From Octopus sinensis (lineage: Eukaryota), in NCBI RefSeq assembly GCF_006345805.1, contig NC_043003.1, positions 31,806,001-31,870,000 on the forward strand: 64,000 nucleotides of DNA. Reading direction: 5' to 3'. The notes under the pieces are model-generated. The model searched no databases, had not been told where the DNA came from, and worked only from the letters and a program-made list of their open reading frames with translations. Positions 37,823 through 51,592 of the stretch are shown here, one piece after another. Each line of letters begins with the position of its first letter. The stretch's first letter is position 1. Both the position numbers and the translations under genes were made by a program.

Positions 37823-38117
37823 CGGCAACAAAGAATAATAATAAATTCTGAGCAGTTGTGTTAGATTAGAAATTACTAATTAAATTGAAGTCATTGTTTT
37901 GCAGAATCGCTTTACCATAGGAAAATATCCCTAATCCAATCCAAAGTACGACAGCGTTTTCCTTGTAATATATTGCAGCATCCCTTGAGTACTGAGCTGC
38001 TGCTTTCGCGGAGTCGTTAAATTGTTTGGAAAAATGCTTTATGGTATTGTACCTACTCTTTAAGCTAGGTGTTAAATTGACATTAAATTTTCCCCTTGTA
38101 ATTAACAAAATAATAGT

Positions 38118-38225
38118 GGTTTCAAATTTTGGCACAGAGTCAGCAATTTCGGGAGAGCTCAGCAGTTATTTATTTTATCAACTCGAAAGGGCGAAATACA
38201 GATCATCCTCGACGGAATTTGAACA
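38118..38225 (-). mobile_element. Decayed SINE fragment
   Basis: tttcaaattttggcacagagtcagcaatttcggg...cctcgacggaatttgaac is the reverse complement of the tail and body of the 23070 copy. Confidence 0.6.
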
Positions 38226-38990
38226 GCATTTATCTCTTGTGCTAACGATCTTCCAATTTCCCGCCTTAGACACAGTTAAATTTCCTTTATCATATAGTCT
38301 AATACTTAACTCAATATCAAAGACTAACTTCTACCTTGAAAATTGTTGCATTTTTGCCAGAATGAAAATATACAATATTTTAATGACAATTCTGATACAA
38401 ATACTAGTAATTATATTAACGATAATAGTAACATTTTGTTGCATATACAAAGGACCATAAATATGAGGGAGTTTCAGTCAATATACTTGCTTATAGTGTC
38501 TCAATTGTAGTGCGGTTTATCGAACATGGAATTATTTATAAGCTATTTTGAACACCTTGAGAGTCGAATATAGAAATACATATATGAATATAGAAATAGA
38601 TATGCCATGAAATACATATACACATAACCCCACACAAACATAATGGAAAAACATAGCTATTTCTTTTTCGCAAGTCCAATATAAGCTCGTCCTTATGCAG
38701 TCATAGTATAGAGGCGAATATTTTAAGGTTTCATAAATTTATTACGATTTCTGGTCTCTCACCATATTGCCCGGTCCCTCCATGGTATAAAAATTCTACT
38801 ATAATTAGAACGGCTATGGAACATTTCCATCTTCAAATCGGTTCTTCATTATTTTCCTCGTGTACTCATCAAGCAATCTGTTAAGAATCGAGTGCTCCAT
38901 TCCATTCGAAAGTAATTTTACTTACAGTCCTGTCATAAACTTATGAAATATACATGTATTCAAGTATATATTTCTGTCCGCATATATATA

Positions 38991-40545
38991 CAGTGTGTCC
39001 CAGAATTAACTATCTCTTTCAGTAGTGAAATCGGAAATTGTTAACTATGTATTAAACGTGTATATTTTTTTAATTTTCTTCATAAGTTTCAGAATGTTTA
39101 TATTATTTAAAACAATTTTCATTTCATTCTTATTGGATCCCACTTATCTGTCCACGACAGCTTTTTTGTCCTTTGGCTGTAATCATTTTCTCTACTTCCA
39201 TCCCCAGGATAAAGCGATAGTTTAGCTGAACTGGAATGCTTCAAAAAATGTTCCGTAGTGCGATGGGGGAATTTTATAATTTGCAGGAATAACGTTTAAG
39301 TGTATGACGTATAAATCTACTTCTTTTGGTATCATAATTAAGTAATAAGCACAAAATTCTGTCAGTGTTTTTAAAAATTTAACCTATTTCACTGAAATAT
39401 TGCGTCATCTCATACATAATGCGGTTTTTATATACTTTTAATTTTCAAAATTAAAATAAACAATTGCGTTTTTTAAATCTAAAATATACTCTCTTTCATT
39501 TTCTACAACGCTCTTCCATCTATCTGATCCTTCTTCCAAAATTCACTTGTCCGTAACGAAAAATACTCCTGCAGTACTATTCTGAACACACCTATAGAAT
39601 TCATATTATTTTTCCCGTCCATAAGATTTTGAAGACTGTGAAATAAATGATAATCAGATAGGCAATGTCCGGCAAATATGGTGGGTGGGGCGTCGTTTTC
39701 CTTTCAAACTGCTCTAGCCTTTGGAATGTCATCCTCGCTGTATGTTGTCGAGCATTATCCTGATGGAAGAACACATTTCGTCTTGAAACTAAAGATGGTC
39801 AATTTTCTTCTAGCACCGACTTAACCCGCTCCAGCTGCTCGCAGTAGATCTCCTTCCTTTGATATCTTTCGGTTTGAATGTAAAAGTTCAAATTGGACGA
39901 AACAGATAGCAACACCTAACGTGGGTGAATACTTTCTTTAGCCTGGGGTGCCGGTGTTTCTCACTGTTTTCGGCACTTGACATTTTGAGATCCCATTTCT
40001 TCTCACCAGTCACCATTCGGTCCAAAACAGATTTATTCTTGAGACGAGGCAACAACCAAGAACACACATTCACTCTTTGATGTCGATGGTTGAGTGTCCA
40101 AATCTAAGCTTCTGTGCTAATTCCTCAACAATTACGATGGAATTTTGTTCCGTCAGGTTTTTCAGGAGGACCTCGTCGAGCTCTATAGATCTTCCAGGAC
40201 GATTCTGACTCGGAATTTCTGGAACCACTGTTTACACTTACTTACGCTTATTGTCGGATTCCCGTATACTGCATTAATATTCCACACGCTTTCTGTGGCG
40301 TAGTTGCCTTTATTGAACTCATAAAGTAAAATATACCGAATAGGCTTCTTTGTCACATTATAGCTTTGAAAAAATAAGTGTTTAAATCAAACTGCTTTCT
40401 TCAAAACTTGCACTAAGAATAAGGATACGGTAAAATTATGACCTGCCTTTATAGCATGTTGATGCAGGTAGTTTATCCCGTCCTCACTTCGCATTATTTA
40501 TAGGATGACACAATACATAGATATAGCAAATTCTGAGGCACCCTG
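38991..40545. mobile_element. Possible Tc1-like element shell (imperfect TIRs, TA flanks) hosting a mariner
   Basis: Left end TA|CAGTGTGTCCCAGAATT (38991); right end AATTCTGAGGCACCCTG|TA (ends 40545), whose reverse complement is CAGGGTGCCTCAGAATT. No transposase of its own was recognised. Confidence 0.4.
39490..40445 (-). mobile_element. Degenerate mariner transposon
   Basis: Minus strand reads IRYILLYEFNKGNYATES..INAVYG..WFQKFR, LDRMVTGEKKW, YCEQLERVKS, FFHQDNARQH and SDYHLFHSLQN, with frameshifts and stops. Confidence 0.88.
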
Positions 40546-40599
40546 TATATGATATACATACATACATATATATATATACATACATACATACATACATAT

Positions 40600-40677
<78 letters not shown>

Positions 40678-41872
40678 AGTGTGTATGTGTAAAGAGTGAG
40701 AATAAAAGTGAGAATATAACTTCAAGATAGCCGCAGAGATAGGGATATTGGTTGCGAGTGAAACGCGTTAATGATAAATTCTGGAGATGATAACGATACG
40801 AAATATATAGGAATCGTAAACACATACATAACTAGATATATACAGCGTAATAGCTCCCTTATGTATAGAAATATAATCGATTCCTATCTCAACAAGTCCA
40901 TAAACTGCAGAGGAAATGATCAAACACTATTCTTATAAGCAGAAACATTGTTGAAAATAAAAGCCATGTTCGAATGCAATGCAAATATGATTTGTGTGTG
41001 TGTTTGATGATCTTAAAGCGTTTCAAAATGTTAAATATTAAAGACCGATTATTTCTATGTTTATAGGCATATGAACAATGATACATTCTAGTGAATATAT
41101 TTCAACAACCGTCATCACGCCTGACTGGTCATAGGTTTAGCAAAATGTACACATATTAGTATTATATGCAGTGTGGGAAAATGTTTCACATTTAGAAACG
41201 TATCATGTAACCCGAATATTTCAACTCCTGTTTCTCCTTTTAGTCATCGAATGTTTATTAGGGTGACGATGGTACTTTCTCGGAAGCTTAAAGTCTGAAA
41301 TTATCTTCAGGCCTTTAGCTTCCTAATAAAATGTGAATATTTACAAAAAGAAAATGTACGTAAATAGTTTCAATAATTCGTCTATGTTATCCATGTTGTG
41401 TATCCAAGTCAAGTAGTCCTGGATCTCTTGTATTGAAAGAAATATCGCAGTTAGATAAAAACTGGCATTATCGAGGTGATATATAATCAGTTTCACAAGA
41501 GCAAACATTCAAATATTCATTAAATAATCTTACATACGTGTATAAAAAAACGCATGCATATACGTATATGAATATGTATACATGTGTGTACACACTAAAC
41601 TAAATGCACACATATGTATATGAATTATTAAAATGGCTACACGCAATTAAAAGCCAAAAGGCACAAATACAGTGGTCACTAAAAGCGATTAAGTGTGCAT
41701 GTTAGTACCAGCTTTACTAGAAATAAAAGTCAAAACAACTCTAATCTTCGAAAAGAGCCTTTTCTGATCCACAGAGCGCTGTGTATTGACTGACGTATAT
41801 ATATATGTGTGTTTGTAGAAAGAGAGAGGGAGAGAGAGTGAGAGTGAGAGAGAGTGAGAGGGAGAGAGAGAG

Positions 41873-42433
41873 AAATAATACATTTCTAAATCTCTCAGGG
41901 AGATTTATGCAGTTGTAACACGATAAAGTGATGGTATGTTGTCAACTTAATGTGACAGTCCTATGAATGGGAATAATACTACTACTATTTAGCCCTAAGA
42001 AGAACCGCTTCCTGTTGGCCTTGACACATTTCCTGTGACCTCATGTTTAGAAAGGGGGAGATAAGCACCTCCACCCAGCAAAGCCAGCATCCAGAGACTC
42101 ACTTCTGAGTCATTGCTCGTCATCAGTCCGGAGTAGCATGGCTCTGCTAGATGTCGATGCCCATCTGCCCCTGTAAATATATAATAATTCAAGTGAAATA
42201 CATTCACAAATTTCGAAAATAGAAGCGGTGCTTCCTAGGGCTAGCAATAATATTATTCCCATTCATGGGACTGAAACATTAAGTTCACAACATACCGACA
42301 CTTTATCATGTTACTACTGTATAAATCTCTCTGAGAGATTTAGAAATGTATTATTTGTATTTTCGAAATCAGTGAATGTATTTCATTTGAATTATTATAT
42401 ATTTACAGAGGCAGATGGGCATCTACAACTAGC
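41873..42433. repeat. Interlocked inverted repeats A-B-C-A'-C'
   Basis: A 41873-42011 pairs with A' 42222-42356; C 42146-42221 pairs with C' 42358-42433; B 42012-42145 is single copy. Confidence 0.85.
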
Positions 42434-42469
42434 AAGGTACACACCTTTGTTGTTTTTTGAAGAATTCTA

Positions 42470-43320
42470 GCCGATTGTTGTGCGCAGCCGCCATTGTTGG
42501 ATGGTAGTGAAAGATGAAAAGTTATGCGGATGCTACTGGAAATCGAGTTTCCCTGGACCCACGTGCACTGAAGCCGGAGATGATTCAGTGAAATAAGGAG
42601 TTGATATACAAAGATTATGGTATGACAAAAAAAGAAGGGTCAAATGTGAAAATGACCCTACCAGAGGAGGAAAAATTGAAAATGGACCGGAAGACGGCTA
42701 TATTCAGAACATTTTCGAATGAAAATAGAAGAATTGAACACGCTCCGCAGGAAGAGGTAGAAGAAATCTCAGAAGAATAAATAGGAGACAGCGTGACGTT
42801 CTTTAGAAGAGGAAAGAGATATGCGTTGATAATTGTAACCTTTGTATCAGAAGAGGAGGCGAAAAAACCGACAACAGGCTGATACAGGGAGAAAAATGGA
42901 CGTTGATGCTGAACTGTTTGCGCAAAAGAATCGTTAGAATTGGGGTGGGAAGAATCCCACCGTCGACAGACCCAGAATGGATAATAGCAGCAATTTTTAA
43001 TTCGGAGCTGAGGAAGAAAAGCGAAGACCTAACAATTGGCATGATAAGCCTAACGTAACGAATGAAATTATAGATAATCTGTGCAGTGAGCTCGGAATAT
43101 TATGATGAAATGCCAGAAACTTTGGAACTACCAAATGAAGAAAAGCTGGAGATAATGTTGGAGGGGAGACCCCAGAAGTGTTACGGATGTGGTGAAAGAG
43201 GTCACTTGAGAAAGAAATGCCCTAGAGCAGCAGTGGAAATAGTGGAGTAGAGTATTCAGGAGAATATAGAAGGCAGAACATGACGGGAACTTTGCGGAGG
43301 TGAAAGCCAGAAAAATGGTT
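42470..43320 (+). mobile_element. ORF1/gag-like fragment of a non-LTR retrotransposon with CCHC zinc knuckle, decayed
   Basis: RIVRIGVGRIPP..LEIMLEGRPQKCYGCGERGHLRKKCPR; CX2CX4HX4C at 43179-43220, preceded by EGRP as in L1/Tx1-like ORF1 proteins. Stops are present and no ORF2 follows. Confidence 0.65.
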
Positions 43321-44471
43321 TGAGGGTCGGCACAATTTTACTATCATGACTCCAACACCTTAAACACTAAATCAGGCGCTACCACACACGTTGACTTTAC
43401 TAGTTTCAAAAATGGTGTAACGAATTCAAAATTTGGAAACTCTTGTTAACTGAATTAGAGATGTTTTGAGTGCTTCATATCTATAATACTATCTTTATTC
43501 TCTTAACTGGTTGAATACCGTCCTACTCATTGAACTTCATAACACACAGATTTATGCTACTGTACTTGAGTGACCGTTGCACATCTTAAGATTGTAGAAG
43601 CTTAACGAGTACTGTCGAGCGATTTACGATAAGAATATTGCACTCCAAAAGAAATGTTTTTCACAGGGACTGTTCTCCCAGAAACATTCATTCACTATCT
43701 AAAAACATTTTCCTGAAGGTTGTCATAGTAAAAGAAAAACCAAAAGAGAATGCCTTTCTATACGCCTCCATGACATTGTTCCTTTCAAGGTTGCTGTTTT
43801 TGGATCTCATTTCCGCGATTAACTTTAATAAGCACTCTTACTCTCACCCGCTGCAATCTAAGCTGGATAAAGGTTTACGTCTATCTTAGATCTCTCGTAG
43901 TAACTTTATATTTTCGAAAAACCTAACAACCTATACCAGATAGACAGGGATATTCATATTGAATCATTAATTAATTTTATCACAGATAAATATCGGAAGT
44001 GAGACCTAGATATTCGCGTATCTTTTCGCCTACACGCTACATCCCTCTCCAAAAGCTTAGCATAGATAGACCTGGGTGTCTAGCTAAAAGGAAACTTGAT
44101 ATGTACGATAAATCCAAATGTAGACTAACTAACACGTCTAAAACGGAGCTATGTTTTACTAGGCCGAGCTCCGTTTTAGAAAATATTTTAAGGTATATTG
44201 CTAATAAAATGAAGCGATCTTTTTACTATGGATTTCTCGGTGAAGTTGTGAATCGAATCTATCAGTAATAAACATAACATAATTTGACATTATGGTTTGT
44301 ATGTGTCGATATCTGAATGCCAGCCTGCGCAATGCATTCGAATTTGCATGTCAGTTTGTAACCATTCATGAACAAGAAATAAGCCCCATTATATATGCAC
44401 ATAAAAATGCTGTTATTTAGCGACGGATTTAATTGGACCCAAAGCTATAACACCGAAAATATATGCGATCT

Positions 44472-44516
<45 letters not shown>

Positions 44517-45372
44517 CTGTATGTATATGTACAGTCCAAAATTATATGATTATCCTACTTACTGTAACATAGGTCAACATTTCACTTGATGTGAACTCAG
44601 GAATACGGTGTGTGAATTTCCTTGATCTCTTGGCTTAGTTTCAAAGTTCTATCTTCGTGACACTGTGATATATAGATGCATGCATCAGAAACGGTAAGTA
44701 ATTTTAAATTGTTTGTGGCGATGAGAAAATGCAATATAACAAAAAAATCAAAAATCAAAAGGGATGGAAATAAGTACAAATTAAAACTCTTATTTTCTAG
44801 GTCGCATTTTCATTTCTTTGCAGGCTTTCTTCAAAGTAAACACGCTAATGTTGGTATCATATGTCTAACAATTTATTATGTTTTATTTTATATGTTTTCT
44901 TTTACTGAAACACTTTGCTGAATTTTGCTGCAGGAAAACATTTGAAGTTTCATGTAGAAAATATGAATGTGCAAAATGGCAGAAGCCCAGTCGTTACTAA
45001 AGTGACAAAAGGTGAAAATCAGCACCAGTGCTATTTTCTTTTTTAAACTACGAATAACCACCTTAATAATTTATAATTTTCCCTTTACCATTTTACAAAA
45101 TCAGCAACTGATGCCTATGATATTTTTGATACACTGACAAGGCGAGTTCAATTAATCCATAGGCAACGCAGGAAGTGTCACTGATGAGAATTAATTCAAT
45201 CCGAAATCGTTGATGAGCTTACACTTCTCGCTTGATGTAGGGAAGTTATTCTACATTGTTAATGAATAGATAAGTGCTTTGCCCTTGGCTAAGAGTTGTT
45301 TTGACTCATATTTTTAACAATGCTGTTGCTTATCTGCAAATTTACTCACTTTAGTGATGATTATATATACAT

Positions 45373-45495
<123 letters not shown>

Positions 45496-45654
45496 CATAG
45501 ATATGTGTAGTTTTCCCTTGTTAACAATTAACATGGAAAAAATAGATAGATACCAGGGTAGCAAAAGATTACACATGTTAAAAGGGTGTAACCCCTTCTT
45601 TTTAAAGGTAGAAACTCCGGGTTTGCGTGAACTATTTTGTGTAATATATATTTA

Positions 45655-46960
45655 AATAAATAGACTTACACGCAAGTGTTATTCAAATTCTTTTACGTCC
45701 TACACATGTTTCGAAGATATCACTGGTATTATTCCAAAGAAATAAAATTGTGTAAAACAATGTAATCTTCTCTTCAGGTAAATGAAGAATAGAAACTCGT
45801 CAATAAGACATTTTAACAGAATATGATGTACATGTATAGTGCTTAACTGAACGCCATTAAGTTTGCTTTAAATAAAAACGTTAAAGGTTATAACGTCAAA
45901 GGTAGCCTATAGAAGAGGAGGCGTACAAGAAAGAAAAACCAAATAAATGAGAAATATATAACGATATGTAAATTAAATAAAACCATAAAGTCTTGGAAAA
46001 AGATATATCTAGTGAATGTGAAATGTAAGAAGAAAATTAATGTGTAAATTATATATAATGATAGATATGACTTATATGAACCTAAGGTGTGTTTCTGTCA
46101 ATGATGACATCGGTATGCACGTTCTATTACAGAGAAGATAGAATTCCTTGCCTTTATCATACGGTATCGAAATTGAGTGAATCAACTAATCTAAATTAAA
46201 TTGTTTATTGTGGCATTGATACCAAATAAATTTACTAAGCCCTGTACTATTACGTTTGTTCATATCCCTAAATGTAGGGTAATGATTAGAAATTCTTTTA
46301 GAAGTTATTTTGCGCTGGTATATAGAATTCTTAATTTTAGAGTTACATGACATAAACTTTATTCTATTGTACATGACTTCAGATACAATAACCTTGTAAT
46401 TAATATTTCTAGGGTGATGGATGGTATTAGCTAAATTAATGATAGTATTATTAAATGTATCCCCATTTAACAGGCTAATATTATGTGTGAAGATAATTTA
46501 TAAGAGATTTTTTGCTTTGGAAAAACTAATCCTAACTGTGTGTGAGTTGATGATAGAGTTATACCTTGAATCCTTTGAAAAATTCCTAATAATAACTTCA
46601 AGAAACTGCAAAGGAAGTTTAGATTTAATTTGCCTCCCATAAGAAATAATTAACCAAATGGATTTACTATTAGGCATCTTATTTTTAGTGTAACTATCTT
46701 TGAAAGACATAGATTTACCTTTAGAAAGAAAACAGGAGTTTAAATAAGTGTTATCACCCTTCCTCTGTTTGATGTTGGCATATAAATTAAAATTGATATC
46801 GCTTATATCCTTACAACTAGATTTCATTTCTTCATTTCCCCGAAGAGAAGTTTACATTGTTTTACACCGTTTTATTCCTGTGGAATAATATCAGTGATAT
46901 CTCAGAAACATGTGTCTGAAGTAAAAGAAATTGAATAACACCTGCGTTTAACTCCATTTA
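45655..46960 (-). mobile_element. 5'-truncated PLE (post-thumb region, GIY-YIG, 3' UTR) with ~130-bp inverted ends
   Basis: IWLIISYGRQIKSKLP..NFSKDSRYNSIINSHTVRISFSKAKNL (46498-46827) and SCNSKIKNSIYQ..RISNHYPTFRDMNKRNSTGLSKFIW (46186-46374) are homologous to the protein at 57861-60542. Bases 46829-46960 are an inverted copy of 45655-45790. Confidence 0.88.
45695..45782 (-). ncRNA. Type I hammerhead motif with intact core but weak stem I; mutated inverted copy near 46836-46925 (+)
   Basis: Reverse complement: CTGAAGA-GAAGAT...ATCTTC-GAAAC atgt GTA-ggacg. The inverted copy has CCGAAGA...GAAAC atgt GTC. Confidence 0.6.
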
Positions 46961-48065
46961 TATATATATATATATATATATATACATAGGCACTTAAATT
47001 GTAAGGCACCGTGCCGGGTCAAAAGTAAGCTGCATACACAGCAACTATAGAGGAATAAAAGCGTCGGTACCGACATACACTCTGAAAGATATCCAGGTTG
47101 ACGGTTCGTTGCATGGTATGGATTCTTTATTTGCAGAGTGAAGACATGTGTGTATACGTACACACAAGTGTGAATACGGAGTGAATTCATTGAAAGTATA
47201 ATTTATATATATTTGCCTAGTGTCTTTGTTTTCATGATAGGGTTGCATGTGTGTAGGTGTGTATTAGTGTGTGCGCATGCCTGAATGGACGTTCATGCCA
47301 ACTTACTTTATTTTGGGGCTGTTTTTTATAACTCTCTCCATATTTCATTCTAATAAATCAAGAGATTCAATGGAAATATCTGCCTACGTACGATACTTCA
47401 CAACCACCTATGAAATATTCATAAACATACACACGTACACACATTCTTCAACACACAAACGCCCATACACGATCGTGCAGACACAAAAATCACACGCACA
47501 AAACACAAAGTGTTCTGTTTACGATCTAAATGTATGTTTACTAACGTGCTAGTATTTTTACAAATGTAACATGCATGACAATGTATGTCTACCGATATAC
47601 ATGTCTAAAAATATTTCCTCTGCTGGGGATAACAGGGGCGTCGTAACATGCTCTATGCGGTATCTAATATTCAGTGTTTATGGCCAAATTTAATATCGAG
47701 ATGGATATGAAGCGTGACACGCATCATTGAAACAACTATGCACATGCGTTTAGATTTGTATACTATCTCGATCGATCTCATTCAACTACATCTTATAGTA
47801 ATGAAACTACTAGAATACCAGCTGAAAGAATAGAGAGCCATTGGGAAGAATATAATGATGGGAAACATTCGCCGGTTCTTTATAAGCATACTAAACTCAA
47901 GCAGGAAGACATGCCTTATTTTCGACTCAAATACGTTCTCAATTCCACATCAATGAATTTGAAATCAAAGTGTATAGATCCGCAACAAAATCCTAAATAC
48001 CGGAAATTGTTAACGTACCAATTAGTGCTATCCAGCACACTTCTCATATATATATATGTATATAA

Positions 48066-48110
<45 letters not shown>

Positions 48111-48691
48111 TATACATATATATATACATATATATATGCTAGACCACTGGTGTGAAGTCGATGTTAATTAAATTAATATCTAATTTCTCACCATCATTTT
48201 AAATTTGAATTTAAATTAATACGTTCTCTAACCGGCAAAGGCCACTGCAGTAAAGTATTATCTGCAGCATCAGTTTTTCCGTTAATTTAGCGCCCCAGAA
48301 CGAGGACATTTGAAATAGTAACCAGTAGTGTAACGGGTAGAACTTTTTACAGGTCTGACTTTGTGCAGACGTCCTAGTATGCAGTCCTGCAAATTATATT
48401 CATCTGGACGCTCGCACCGATGATCTACGGAATTTATGTAATTAAAATTGTGTAATATGTTAATAGTGAAACATGTATGCGAATAATCCATATTTTTATT
48501 ACTTTTTCTTTTGTCTTGCTCGATTACGTTTTTGTTGTTTTGCTAAACTTTTCTTGAGAACATTTCTTATTTGTAAGACCATAGCGGATCCATTTCTAGC
48601 ATAAGGGTCTCCACACTGGCTTACCTCTACTATGTATATATATATATATTATATCTGTAAATGTAATATGTGACAATTATTCGGTAGCCAT

Positions 48692-48751
48692 ATTAAAACT
48701 CCGAGTTTCGGATGTCAGGGTGGAAATCCACGCCGCATTCTCTTCAGTAAT
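48692..48751 (-). ncRNA. Type I hammerhead-like motif at an isolated PLE-type terminus
   Basis: Reverse complement: ATTA-CTGAAGA-GAATG..CATCC-GAAAC tcgga GTT-TAAT. Stem I is 4 bp; stem II has one mismatch. Confidence 0.55.
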
Positions 48752-49171
48752 CCGGCCTTAGGAAAAAATGCTATGAAGATTTATGCTAATAACACTCATG
48801 TACGCTCGATCAAACGATATCAAACATAACATAAAAGAAACAGCATTTCCGAATTTATATGGACAACTAATTCCGTATCCCTCCATCAATTCACCGTGTG
48901 CGTCACGGGATAGTACCGCAGAAAAACTACAATTTGCATTTTTCAAATTCATAATCTTGAATATATTCTGACGAAGGAAATGAATTTTTACACAATTCTA
49001 ATCCCAAAACGCGTATATGTTATTTTTTATTTCTGTTTTTGCCTATGTGAGTTACGAGTATTGCTGCCTGTGGAGATATATTGTAGTAGAGGAATTATTA
49101 GTTTTGACTGCTATTTCTAAATGTCGGTATGTGGTGAAGCAACTTTTTGCTGACCCCTTAATTATGTTTAT

Positions 49172-49202
<31 letters not shown>

Positions 49203-49244
49203 GGTATACACACACAAAAACACACTCACAAACACACACACATA

Positions 49245-49292
<48 letters not shown>

Positions 49293-49339
49293 CGTGTGTA
49301 TGTATGTATGCATGTATATACATAAGGTATTAAATTATG

Positions 49340-49700
49340 TCCCAACATCCATAAAGCTATAGTCCTCTCATATGTCAACCATAAGATTTCTCAGTTGCCT
49401 GTGTTGTAAAGAAATCTCTACATTTACTTGCTAATTTCCAGTAGAAAGCTCAGTTTATATTGTAACGTTCGATACAAATATGGCAATTATATGTATGACA
49501 TGTATAACTGCATTTCTATGTATAGGAAGGAATAATGTAGAGTTTTTGTTGAATCTAAGAGATTTGATGTAGTTCCAAACTGCGTCACAAAGTTCTGTTA
49601 CTAAGCTGTGTACGTGATCAATACTAATTATATTTCAATAGTAAGCCCAGTCTATATGCAAATTGGTTTAGCAGAATTGTACTGGTAAACATTATGTGCA
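49340..49700 (-). mobile_element. Possible decayed PLE endonuclease remnant
   Basis: Weak minus-strand resemblance (GLT..DH..TEL..W..KS) to GIY-YIG C-terminal motifs. Confidence 0.25.
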
Positions 49701-50819
49701 TCGGGTCCAGTTTAAACACGAAGAAATAATCTTTAATGATGAATCAGAGGATTCAATGTTTGAGATACTCCATCACCTTACAAAAATGATATCGTCTATA
49801 ATTTGAATATTTTATCCCATTCGTATTTTTTAATAACAAACACACACATAATATATATGTACTTTTTCTGCTTTTACAGCAATAACTGTCTCAGCTTTAT
49901 ATTCATATTACAAAAGCTTGACGCGCGCATATCTCTGTGAAATACTGTCCTGAGGTAGAAGTAAATGAGACACGCAGATTCCAATCCAGAAAGCCATTAA
50001 CCATCAAAGCCAAAGCCGAATATATAACTAGAAACAACTTACCGACAAACCATCCCAGTTCCCAAAATCAAAACCGAATAATAATGTTGACCGCTGTATA
50101 AAAGCAATTTCCATAAATAAATATCAGATCTCAATAACTCCAGCAATGGATTGTATGTCTGGAATAGATGACAATAAAGAGAGAATACCTGTGACGATTT
50201 CTAACTAGTTTGTTGTCAGATGCAACCGATTCTATACAAATTCTTAATCAATAGTTGATTTATTTTCTATTTCAGTATCTAATCATCTTCCAACATCGTT
50301 ATCGATTAATTGCAAAAATAAATTATGCATTATTGTTTCTTTTGTTCGTTTGTATATTTCTTTACGCATTGAAATACGCCGATATATCAAATGATATTAG
50401 TTTACTTTCGAAGTACCTTAGACTAATTCCAAGTCTATCACCAGGGAATGTAACAAATAACATAGATATAGGGGTAAGGAATAAATAGTACGCTGTTATT
50501 AGGGTAGGCATGATTTTTTTTTATATATCCTAAGTATACATAAACAAACATTTGCAAATAACCATACATTTATTTGCTAGAGTGATCCTCCAATGTAAAC
50601 AATATTCACACGATAACGCAGTTATAGATTAACAAATTGTAAGCCGCCATGGCACAAGTAAAAGTAATGACTTCAATTGCATACATATGTTCCACGTTTT
50701 GGGATCAGTCTTATGAGCTCTACGTATATGAATCGATTCAATTCTGTCAGCAATATCTGCACTCACGCACACGCACACACACGTACAGACACATACACGC
50801 ATGCATACATTTATATAGT

Positions 50820-51162
50820 GGAGGCGCAATGTCCCACTGATTAGGGCAGCGGACTCGTCGTCATAGGATCGCGGTTTTGATTCCCAGAACGGGCGTTGTG
50901 AGTGTTTATTGAGTGAAAGCACCTAAAGCTCCACGAGGGACCAGCATGGGATGGTGCCGTACCCTGCTGTAGTCTTTCACGACAATTTTCTCTCACTCCT
51001 TCTTCCTGCATTTCGAAGGACCAGCCTTATCCGACTCACCCCGAAAACATTAAGGGTACACGTGTCTGTGGAATGTTCAGCCACTTGCACGTTAATTTCA
51101 CAAGCAGGCTGTTCCGTTGATCAGATCAACTGAAACCTTCCTTGTCGTACTGCTACGACACC
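50820..51162 (+). mobile_element. tRNA-head SINE (GGAGGCGCAATGGCCC family), near full length
   Basis: ggaggcgcaatgtcccactgattagggcagcggactcg..ttttgattcccaga..ttaagggtacacgtgtctgtgga..gttaatttcacaagcaggctgttccgttgatc. Confidence 0.9.
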
Positions 51163-51492
51163 CGCCCCCATATATATATATGGGGCAAAGACATAATTTC
51201 GGCTTCTAGACATTTTGTCTACGCCATGTTTTCTTTCCTTTTCCTTCTTCACTTTTTTTAAAATTGTATGCCCTTGCTTTTTACTATGAAGATGAAGAAC
51301 TTTATTCTCGCATTTGCTTATTGACAGCGTTTGGTAACCGATCGGAAACGGCCGTAACTTATGTTATTTCACCTATTTTATGACATGCTTTGTATTAAAA
51401 TATAAGCTATAAATGTGGTCTAATCGATGTGTTTGTTAATCTGTGGTTTTCTCCATTTTCTTATTATATATACACATGCATACATACATACA

Positions 51493-51526
<34 letters not shown>

Positions 51527-51545
51527 CATATACATATATATATAT

Positions 51546-51592
<47 letters not shown>

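Noticed and set aside
41230-41290. RT active-site remnant (Y*GDDG) on the plus strand
   Set aside because: A single short motif with a stop codon and no supporting neighbours.
42012-42145. Complete hammerhead in segment B
   Set aside because: CTGATGA and GAAA..GTC are present, but stems I and II do not close.
43330-43640. Helitron helicase C-terminal remnant (LKMCNG..FP) on the minus strand
   Set aside because: Too few conserved residues after allowing for stops and shifts.
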